From Eledone cirrhosa (lineage: Eukaryota), in NCBI GenBank assembly GCA_964016885.1, contig OZ024740.1, positions 235,848,001 through 235,912,000 on the forward strand: a DNA stretch of 64,000 nucleotides. The letters run 5' to 3'. Positions within the stretch are counted from its first letter, which is position 1. The number at the start of each line of letters is the position of its first letter. The notes beneath the pieces were generated by a model. That model did not search any database. It worked only from the letters and a program-made list of their open reading frames with translations, and had not been told where the DNA came from. Below, in pieces: positions 1 to 10,403 of the stretch. A program made the translations under genes and the position numbers.

Positions 1-576
1 TATAATGCTCCTGCTTCTAACCTATTGATAGATAATCTTTTACTCTTTTAGTTGTTTAACTTATCGGACTGTAGTGGCCATGCTAGTCTAACATCTTCAA
101 GAACGTTAGTCAATCATATCAACTCCAGTACTTATTTCAGTTTGACAGTGATTCTATCGATCTCTGTTTGTTGAACTACTAAGTTATGGAACCTAAAGGC
201 ACACAGCATAAAATCATCCTGCTTCCCCCCTCCCATACACAAACACAAACACACACAAACAAATACACACACACACATAAATACACACACAACACACACA
301 CACACACACACATACAAACACAAACACACGCAAGCTATTGTAGAAGTCACTTAATCAATGTCCTCTGATTGAGGATCAAACTAAGAACCACACAGTTCTC
401 AAAAGAACTTCTTAACCACATGGTACCATTAATACCAACTTCATCTTCCGAATAAAATGCCATATAAAAAACAGTTTGGAGAAGAATTAACTAAAGTTCT
501 TTTATGGAATGTAGTTCAAGGAAATCCAAATACATTGTCTTCAGCAAGACAACAGTTAATAATAGTTTCTGATTTA

Positions 577-1206
577 GGCACAAGGCCAGCAATTTTGGGG
601 GATGGGAAAGTCGAATAATTCGACGCCAGTGTATGACTAGTGCTTTCTTTTATTGACCCCGTAAGGATAGAAGGCAAAGCTAACCTCAGTGGTATTTGAA
701 CTCAGAACATAAAGGGCTGTAACTATATGCTGTGAAGCATGTTGTCTGACATTCTACCGACACAGCCAATCCCCCAACATAATAATGATTTCTAGTATAG
801 GCACAAGTTATTGGACCTAAAGGCACACAACATAAAATCACCCTGCTTCCCACTCCCACACAAACACACACACATAAATACACACACACAATTAAATCGA
901 CCGCAATGCATTACTGGTACTTTTATCGAACCCGGAAGGATGGAAGGCAAAGCTAACCTCGGTGGGATTTGAACTCAGAACGTAAAGGGTTGCTGCAAAG
1001 CATGTTGTCCAATGCTCTACTGATACTTGTTTCTACTTTAGGCACAAGGCCAGCAATTACCCAGTGCATTACTGGTACTTTATTTTATCGACCCCGTAAG
1101 GATGAAAGGCAAAGTTAACCTCGGCGGGATTTGAACTCAGATCGTAAAGGGACATAACTATGCTTGAAAGCATGGCGTCCGACCCTCTACCGATACTGCC
1201 AATCCC
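577..1206 (-). mobile_element. Cluster of three SINE copies (tRNA-like head + Nin/Deu-like core)
   Basis: Repeated reverse complement of GAGTTCAAATCCCGCCGAGGTTAACTTTGCCTTTCATCCTTACGGGGTCGATAAAATAAAGTACCAG (B-box plus core) near 577-778, 905-1025 and 1029-1206. Confidence 0.8.
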
Positions 1207-1936
1207 TACTGATACTGCCAGTTAATAATAAACATATTTTGAATTAAAATATCATAGAAGTCAGTGGTCAAAGACATTTTAGTTTTAGGTTTTTCTAAAC
1301 CAGAGTATTGTATCACTAATGTTCAGAATATGTGTCATTGGAAGGTGGAAATGGCAGGTAGTTTCCAGAGGGATATGTAGTTATGGGGAAGAAGGATTCA
1401 ATAAACAAGTTTTATATGCAGACTAGACAAGGAATGTAGAAGGTGAGGCTGGAAAGGTAGGTAGGTTAATTGCATGGGTTTAGATTGGGGCTGTAGAAAT
1501 TCAGAAAGATTAGAAAAACATAGATAGTTATAGTAGCAGTTTGGAGTTCACTGAATCTCTCACTGTATTCTAATGAGAGCTGATCTTGAATGGTTTATCT
1601 CACAGACAATACATGGAATATTTGTATATAGTAGTAGTAATATTTAGCAAGATATGGTCTTTCACCCATCTATTAGGGCATTTTTGTGTATAAAAAATAA
1701 CAAAATCAACATAAAATTAAAACAAAAGAAAATTCCTCAATATGGGGGTGACTTTCAGGGGTGACTTATGGAGATATACCACAAAAGGCCATGGCCATCC
1801 TGACTGGTAGCAAACGTGTTCCTTCTCAGTTGTCCTCCTCCAATCTGCAGGCATATATTCAGAGCAGGCCGGTTCACTCAGACAATAATTGCCACTCTCA
1901 CACACCTTTCAACAAAGTGACTGGAAGGTAATAATG

Positions 1937-2430
1937 GTTTCTGATTTAGGTACATGGCCAACAATGTTTTGGGGGAGGCGGAAGTCAATTAAATCGACCC
2001 CAGTACATTACTGGTGCTTTATTTTATCGACCCCATAAGGATGAAAGGCAAAGTTAACCTTGGCGGGATTCAAACTCAGACAGTAAAGGGCCGTAACTCT
2101 ATGCTGTGAAGCATGTTGTCTGACGCTCTACCAACACAGCCAATCCCCCCACCCTAATAATAACAATAATCGGCATATATCAGAAACAATACTGAAGGAA
2201 AAGAAAAAAATAATAATAATTGTTTCTAACATAGGTACAAAGCCAAAAATTTGAGGGGAGGGATTAATTACTTAAATTGACCTCAGTACTCGTGTTTTAA
2301 TTTACTGAGCTTGCAAAGATAAAAGCTGAAATTGGCTTTGACAGGATTTGAACTCAGAATATAAACAGTCAATACAAACACCACTGGGTATTTTGTCTGA
2401 CTTTCTACTGAGTTTGCTGATCCACTGCCA
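1937..2430 (-). mobile_element. Two further copies of the same SINE family
   Basis: TTTTATCGACCCCATAAGGATGAAAGGCAAAGTTAACC core at ~2020-2060; a more diverged copy at ~2222-2430. Confidence 0.75.
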
Positions 2431-3596
2431 TTGCCAAACCACTGCTATTGCCAGTTCATTGCTCTAGCCAATTCACTGATGTTGCCAATCTATCACCCTT
2501 GCCAAACCCCTGCTATTGCCATTCATCACCCTTGCCAATCCACTGTCTTTGTCAATCCATTGCCTTAGCCAATCCGCTGTCATAGCTAATTCATTGTCAT
2601 TGCCTATTCACTGTTATTGCCAACCCATCAACCATACCAATACACTGCCCTTACCAATTCACCAACCTTGTCAATTTAATGCTCTTGCCAACCTATCACC
2701 CTTGCCAATTTACTGCTATTGACAATCTAACTCCCCTGCCAATCCACTGATATTGCCAATTTAAGCCTCTTGTCAATCTGTTGTCAATCTAAACCTCTTG
2801 CTAATCTAACTCTCTTGCCAATCTAATCCTCCTGCCAATCCACTGCTATTGCCAATTTAAGCCTCTTGCCAATCTAACTCCCCTGCCAATCCACTGATAT
2901 TGCCAATTTAAGCCTCTTGCCAATCTAACTCCCTTGCCAATCCACTGTTGTTGTCAATCTAAATCTCTTGCTAATCTAACTCTCTTGCCAATCTAATCCT
3001 CTTGCCAATCCACTGATATTGCCAATCTAACCCTCTTGCCAATCCACTGCTATTGCCATTCTAACCCCTTGCCAATCTACTGTCATTGCCAATCTAACCC
3101 CCTTGCCAATCCACTGGCATTGCCAATCCACTGCTGTTGTCAATTTAACCTTCTTGCCAATCCACTGCTGTTGTCAATCTAACCATATTCTCAATTCACT
3201 GCTGTTGTCAATCTAATACCCTTGCCAACCCACTGCTATTGACAATCTAACTCCCTTGCCAACCCACTGCTATTGACAATCTAACTCCCTTGCCAACCCA
3301 CTGCTATTGACAATCTAACTCCCTTGCCAATCCACTATCATTACCAACCCACTGCTATTGACAATCTAACTCCCTTGCCAATCCACTGCTATTGACAATC
3401 TAACTCCCTTGCCAATCCACTATCATTACCAATCCACTGCTATTGACAATCTAACTCCCTTGCCAATCCACTATCAATACCAATCCACTGCTATTCACAA
3501 TCTAACTCCCTTGCCAATCCACTACCATTGCCAATCCACTGATGTTCCCAATCCACTACCATTGTCAATCCACTGATGTTGCTAATCCACTACCAT
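2420..3596. repeat. Degenerate TGCCAATC minisatellite (~18-19 bp alternating units)
   Basis: Dozens of TGCCAATCCACTGCTAT and TG(A/C)CAATCTAACTCCCT units. Confidence 0.9.
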
Positions 3597-3668
3597 TAAT
3601 TGTAATTTATTTTAATTTGATTTGATATTATTTTAAAACAATAATGAGACCTTATCTTACTATTCATA

Positions 3669-4152
3669 CTAGCAGAAAAACCACTCTTCGGGTGGTTTTC
3701 TGCTAGCATGTGTAGTGTGCATATTGATATTATACGCAAGTATATATGCATGTAGATGTGATACATCAAATAAAATTGTAATTGACAATATACACAGAAA
3801 TTGAACGAAGACTGCATTACACACTTTTATGTAATCAGTAACATAATCTATGATACATTAAAAAAAAGGCGATATTATATATAAACTGCATTAGGAGAAA
3901 ATTAGTGACGGAAATATATCAATGCTTATTTAAGTGATCGCTAACTGGAAGTGTTGACATTTGAAAAATTTAAAGCAGTGAATCTTTAATAAGCAGTAAA
4001 ATATATTTAATCAACAGCTACGAAATGTAGTAGATAAATTATGTAATATTCAGTCATTATTTATTCGAAGTAATCCAACTTATTTTACTAATGGGATAAA
4101 AAAATTATAAACCGTATGCAACCCCGCACTCCTTACTTTATTATAGTTTAGA
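3669..4152 (-). mobile_element. Non-autonomous Helitron
   Basis: Minus strand begins A|TCTAAACTATAATAAAG and ends with hairpin ACCACCCGAAGAGTGGT ~11 nt before CTAG|T: 5'-TC, 3'-CTAG, A|T insertion site. Confidence 0.7.
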
Positions 4153-4676
4153 TATTTTTTGTAGTAATATCATTTAATATGTTGAAACATTTCAACATTA
4201 TCCCAGAGGAATCGGGCCATCAAAAAGGTTAACTATCATGCCAACAACCAATCTTCATTTTGCCAGATATTCAACATGATTAAAATATCTTTTAACAACA
4301 GCTATAACAGAGGTCTACCATATGATTTTTCTAGATTTAAACCTAAGCCAGTACAATGAATAAATATTAATTATAAATATAAAACATTGCTGGAGATTTT
4401 CCAACCCTTGACATGCCATTTGTTAGATTATAGCCTAAAGTCAGGGGTTATAGTTTTGAAAATGGTAAATATCTTATCATGTCTCTAAATGTGACAATGA
4501 TGAAAACTTTGGTAATTTATATATAGAAACAGTGTGTTACTATTATGTTTTGGACAGTTTGTAAATAGTTGAAGAGGAGAAGGATCACAGAAGGTGAGGA
4601 TATGTGCTAGAAGCCAGGTAGATAATGTGCAGTATAACTTTTCTATTATCTAGATTTGCAGCTAAATCTATTTGTA

Positions 4677-4728
<52 letters not shown>

Positions 4729-4773
4729 ACATAAGAAATGGAGAATCAGTATTGTGACGAATAAAATTTATTA

Positions 4774-4868
4774 GACATATTACAATCGTTTCTCTGGTGA
4801 CCAGCTTGAGGCACAATCGATGTAATGATCGAACCTCACTCTGAAATTGCAAGGTCCTCAGATACGGC
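4774..4868 (-). ncRNA. Candidate type I hammerhead ribozyme in a PLE terminal fragment (long stem II)
   Basis: Minus: GCCGTAT-CTGAGGA-[62 nt with TGAGG/CCTCA and TCGAT/ATCGA hairpin]-GAAA-CGATTG-TA-ATATGTC; stem I 6/7 paired; base of stem II poorly paired. Confidence 0.5.
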
Positions 4869-4938
4869 TCGATTTCTACAACGTAAAATGTTGGTGATGA
4901 TATATGTATATACACTCAAATATATATATATATTATCA

Positions 4939-4975
<37 letters not shown>

Positions 4976-5399
4976 AAAAGAATCAGGACCCCGACGGCTG
5001 AGCTCCGGCCGTTTCGACAGCTAGATCCGAACTAAGCCACCAGTCCTATTTTCCTATTACACACTCTACTACCCTAAGTATTGAGTACTCTGGTGCGTTA
5101 TGGTCCACCTGGTATCTTACCACACCCTCTTTGTTTTATATATATATATATATTTGAAAAACAAACAAACAAACAAATGCAGGAGTCAATTGTACATAGT
5201 TGTATTAGGTTCACGCTTGGTGGGAGTGGATGAGATTTAGACGTTTCAGACTTACGTGTTTCATCAGGAAAGTTGAGAGGAACTCCGAGAGGGAGTAAGG
5301 AGGGAAGTTAACAAGTAGAGAACAAGAAAATAAAGGAAAAATAGAAATAAATAAAAAAAAACAGAATTTTAAAAAAGTGAAAATAAAGGGGTTGGGAGG

Positions 5400-5446
<47 letters not shown>

Positions 5447-5449
<3 letters not shown>

Positions 5450-6974
5450 GACTAATGAAGTTATTGACTGGTTTAAGGACATTAAATATAAACACAACAA
5501 TAAATTCATTCAATTGGATATTGCTAATTATTACTCATCTATCACTCCTAATCTACTTAATAAAGCCCTTACATGTGCATTTAAATATACAGATTTAACT
5601 AGCAATGAAATGCACATTATCTTAACTGCACGTAAAACATTAATTAAATTTAGCAACCATCTTTGGACTAGAGCAGACAGAGATAACAATTTCGATATCA
5701 CTATGGGGTCATCGGACTCGGCGCAATTAACGGATTTTGTGGGGCTTTTTATTAACAATACTTTACATAGGAAAATACCGGAGATAACCGGTGGTTTACA
5801 TCGTGACGATATGATATTACTTATTGAAAATAATAATAATTGTGAAATAAATAGGAAAAGAAAAGAAATTATACAACTTTTTAATAGCGTTAATCTTAAA
5901 GTAGAAGTAGAGACTAATTATAAAATAGTTAATTTTTTAGATGTAACTTTAAACCTTAACACTGGTCTTTATTATCCATTTCATAAAATAAACGATAATT
6001 TAAACTATGTTAACTTTAATTCCAATCACCCCAGATCCGTTAAAAACACTATTGTAAATTCTGTGCAGCAACGTATTTCTAGAATTTCAGCGAATAAAAA
6101 TATATTTGAAGATAATGCACAAAATTATAACGAAGCGTTAGGTAGAGCAGGCTATAGTAATAAAATTAATTACATTGATTGTAAGGATGTGCCAATTAAC
6201 CATAACTATAAATATAATTATAATAGAAAACCTTACACTAACTCGAAAACCAAAAGAAAAAGTAGAACTAGAAATATATTATGGTTCGCTCTCCCTTTCT
6301 CATTAAGTATTAAAACTCCTATTGCTAAATTATTCTTTAAAGCTCTAGATAGGTGCTTTCCTAAGACACACAGGTATTACTCAATCTTTAATAGACATAC
6401 TATTCAACTCTCATATTCCACCACTATGAATTTAGCACAGAATATTAATAGAATTAATAATAGAAACTTAAAACCTAACCAGAATAGCATTAATACCCCT
6501 AGCAATATCCAATATAACGTTACGGCTCCCAATAATATAAATTTAGATAAATGTAATTGTAGAAATAAATCTATCTGTCCTCTAAATAATAATTGTTTAG
6601 TTAAAAATATAGTATACAATTGTAATGTCAAAACAAATGAAAACTCCTTTAACTATGTCGGCTCTACTTCCACAGACTTCAAATCTCGTTTTAATAACCA
6701 TAAATGTTCCTTTACGAATATTGGTAAAAAATCTTCAACTTCTCTATCTAACTTATTATGGGACTTGAAATCCAAGAATATTAACTATTCTTTACTTCTG
6801 AAAATTATTTCCAAAGCTCCTTCATACACTGCTTTATCCCAAAATTGCTCTCTTTGTGCTGAAGAAATATTCTTTATACTAAAAAGTAAGAACTCTATTA
6901 ATTTGCGAAATAATTTATTCAGTTCCTGCAAACATCGTTTAAACTCAACTTTTAAATATCTATATAAAATGTAA
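5447..6974 (+). CDS. Penelope-like element polyprotein (RT + GIY-YIG endonuclease), 5'-truncated, Naiad-like
   Basis: Uninterrupted ~509 codons after (TA)n: QLDIANYYSSI, ITMGSSDS, LHRDD, FLDVTLNL, SNHP; linker CNCRNKSICPLNNNC; NIVY...YVGST...FKSRFNNHK; C-terminal CSLC..E..N.R...CKH. Confidence 0.9.
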
Positions 6975-8260
6975 TATATGATTGATCTCTTTTACATAAT
7001 GTCTTCTATATCTATATATGATTCATATATTTAATTTACTTCCTATTATCTCTACTTCACATATATATACTATATACTTTATATTATTACACCTATCGAT
7101 AGATTATAAATTTTTTTTATGACTGCTTAAAACTCCTTTAAGGAAAATTTTTTCTTGAAAAACTTACGGAAGGTTTTAAGAAAAATCTTTTGGAAATTCC
7201 TTTGAAAGATATAGAAAAACCATTATTTTCATACCTTCCAATATTTTTTCAAACGTTTTTAATATATATATATCCAAATGTTTATATATATGTGGAAAAA
7301 CATATGATTTTTATATATATGTGGAATAACCTATGGTTTATGCTTTAAATATATTCTTAAGATAAATTTTTTAAATGTTTTAACTTTATAGCAAGTAAAT
7401 TTATGACTTCGTATAAAATAACATATGGTTCATGTTTTAATTATATTCTTAAGATAAAAAAATTGTTTAACTTTTTAACTTTATAACATTTAATCCTTAG
7501 AATCATCTGAGTTCGTAAAAAATCACTTCTAACTTCCTTTACACTTCCTTACTGTTTTTATAATATAACTAAGTGTAAACTCTCGTAAATTTTTCATAAA
7601 TTTAGAATTATTTGGATGTTTAAATTTTTGACTTACAACTTTTAATAAAATAAACTATACTAGATTTGCTCTTATATAAAATACTATACATTTATTTAAA
7701 TAATTTATAATCCTTAACATACACATTTAAACTAATTATTAATATTAAATTATTAAATTAAATTTTTAATATTAAGGTAAATTTTAATCTTTAACTTTGA
7801 TTTCTAATTTTTTAATTTTAATTTAATTTTTCAACCTATCATTATAAGTATTATAATCAAAACGTAATGAATCCTGCATTATAAATATTATTCTTCCACG
7901 TTATTCTCATTTCTTCTCTCACTAAGATATACTTACGCTGTGTATATTTATCCTTTGAAACTCATCTCTTCATGCACTCTATTTTCACTATCAATATATA
8001 TAATCGTTCTTTCTTTCCTCTTCTATCTTTCTCCTTTCTTTTTTTCTTTTTTTTTTCTCTTTCCCTTACATATCACCTTCTTCCAACAGTTTAATTTAAA
8101 TAAACCGTTATCTTTTCAACCTTTCGGACACTCATTTGTATACTCACTCATAATTTTGTATCACCCTCAATAAATGTACTATCTCCACTATCCAGGAAGC
8201 TCCAACCGTTAAGGTTGTCTTTTTTCCGAGTATGTCAATATTTATTTATAAAAAAATCTG

Positions 8261-8326
8261 TATTTTATCTGATGAAAGCGCACTATAATTTGCCTTGGTT
8301 GCCCTTGAAATATGTATAATAAAATA
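8261..8326 (+). ncRNA. Type I hammerhead ribozyme
   Basis: TATTTTAT-CTGATGA-AAGCGCAC...GTTGCCCTT-GAAA-TATGTA-TA-ATAAAATA: perfect 8-bp stem I, canonical core, near-palindromic minimal stem III; same strand as the PLE ORF. Confidence 0.8.
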
Positions 8327-8392
8327 AATATGGTTTTATAAATATAGTTTCCATTTATTAATATATTGTGTATATATATATAATAAAGAAAA

Positions 8393-8745
8393 CGAAAAAT
8401 CAGTGATGCATCTGGACTTAATTTATTGCGTGTTACAATTGTTTCTCCGGCAGGTAGCTTGAGACGTGGTCCTTGTATGGATCCGGCTGATCCGACTTCT
8501 GCAGGTTCATTCAGACAGAGTATTTCGTTTGGAGCAAATTTTATCACTGGGGTGTTATTATCAAAATACCCTACTTCCACTCTTGTCATGCCATTGGCTG
8601 CTTTTACTCCACGTCATCACAAGTTCTGGTCAATGGCATGACAAGAGTGGAAGTAGGGTTTTTGGGGGGTATTTTTTAATGATAACACCCCAGTGATAAA
8701 ATTTGCTCCAAACGAAATACTCTGTCTGAATGAACCTGCAGAAGT
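8393..8745 (-). mobile_element. PLE terminal fragment with variant hammerhead and ~100-bp inverted duplication
   Basis: Inverted arms 8495-8596 / 8631-8745; minus-strand TGT-CTGAATGA-ACCTGCAG...CTGCCGGA-GAAA-CAATTG-TA-ACA at 8431-8517. Confidence 0.6.
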
Positions 8746-8794
8746 AGAATTTTGGCATACTGCCTATGGAAGCACCATAGCTACCATTATACAC

Positions 8795-8825
<31 letters not shown>

Positions 8826-8828
<3 letters not shown>

Positions 8829-9009
8829 GCAATCGTGAGGTTGTGAGTTCAGTTCCTGGACCGGGCGATGCATTATGTCCTTGAGCAAGACACTTTATTT
8901 CACATTGCTCCTTCTACCTGGAGTTGCGACCGATAGATAGTATTAGCAATTGGAAAGACCAACGGAAACATTGTTTCCTTGGTCCGATTTGATGAAAGTC
9001 GATCGTTCC

Positions 9010-9010
<1 letters not shown>
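8826..9010 (+). mobile_element. 5'-truncated tRNA-derived SINE, tail type II
   Basis: GTGAGTTCAGTTCC B-box, TGTCCTTGAGCAAGACACTTTATTTCAC core, tail matching 39680-39781. Confidence 0.75.
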
Positions 9011-9073
<63 letters not shown>

Positions 9074-9387
9074 TATAGTCACTTATATATTATGGAATAC
9101 TGTTGGCTTCTTGCTACAATACTTTCTATACCTTTCATTTATATATATATATATATATATGTTTATATATGTTTATCATTGATTGACCAACAGTTAAAAA
9201 TATAAATATAGTTTGTCAGAGTTATTTTGTCACATATATCTGTGACTTCATCAATGATTATCATGTTTCTGTTCCCCCCCCCCCCCCCCCCATTACGATT
9301 TCATATCAAAAACCTTGCAAAACAGATATGTGTATATGTGTGTCTGTGTGTAAAAAATAGTAATTATGAGGTAAAGATGCACCTAAT

Positions 9388-9461
<74 letters not shown>

Positions 9462-9760
9462 AATATGGGGTAGAAGAATACTGCATAGTTGCACATGGAT
9501 AACATGTTATAAAATGAGTCCCTCATCAGTGATTTGCCAACGATCATTGGTATTTCATCGCATTAAAAATCATATACCTCACGTTGGAGCGATAATAACT
9601 AAAATAAGTTATTAGGACAATAGAAAGTAACAATAGACAAGTAAACAACATATATATACATGCAAATGTACATGTGCAAGTATATATGAAAAAAATCAAC
9701 ATGAAGTGCATTTTCAATCATTTTGCTTATATAACATGATTTGTGCAGAATTTTCTTTAA

Positions 9761-9798
<38 letters not shown>

Positions 9799-10124
9799 CT
9801 GTCCATCAGTCTATTATAAAACTTACATACACTCACATACTTACACATTCATAATCACACTTATCTAAAGAACACACACCAACACATGAGTAATTTACAG
9901 ATGTGTATTTGTGTAAGTTCCATTATCCATTGTGATATTGGGACAGCATTGAAAACTCTATCTTCAGGAGATTTAACTAGTGCAAGCATGCTATATTATA
10001 ACCATTACATCATATTATTGTTATATATATTATATAGATATACATTGTTATATTATTATATGATAGTTTTATTTCATTATATTATGTTATATTATGCAGT
10101 TATATACTCATATATAATTATAGA

Positions 10125-10184
<60 letters not shown>

Positions 10185-10186
10185 TG

Positions 10187-10403
10187 TAGAGGCACATGAC
10201 TTAGTGGTTAGAGCATTGGTCTTGCAATCAAAAGGTTGTGAGTTCAATTCTCAGACCGGGTGATGTGTTGTTTCCTTGAGCAAGACACTTTATTTCACAT
10301 TGCTCCACCACCACTCAGCTGTAGAAATAAGATGATAGGGACTGGGGTCCCTATCATTCCACTGCAAAGTGGTCGTGGAGGTGCCACGGCATAAAAGCAC
10401 CCA
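10187..10403 (+). mobile_element. tRNA-derived SINE head and body joined directly to an RTE LINE
   Basis: GGCACATGACTTAGTGGTTAGAGC A-box, GAGTTCAATTCTC B-box; colinear with 31755-31970 until AAAGCACCCAG. Confidence 0.8.

Larger units (their letters stand above)
5447..8390 (+). mobile_element. PLE copy with long AT-rich 3' region ending in a hammerhead-bearing pLTR
   Basis: ORF, ~1.3 kb AT-rich non-coding sequence, hammerhead at 8261-8326, AATAAA, then TA-rich junction. Confidence 0.75.

Noticed and set aside
5447-6974. Selenocysteine-encoding Naiad
   Set aside because: No in-frame TGA in the retained ORF (ends TAA, Cys motifs intact) and no SECIS recognised
9486-9530. Hammerhead at minus-strand CTGATGA
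   Set aside because: GAAA reads GCAA and stem I does not form
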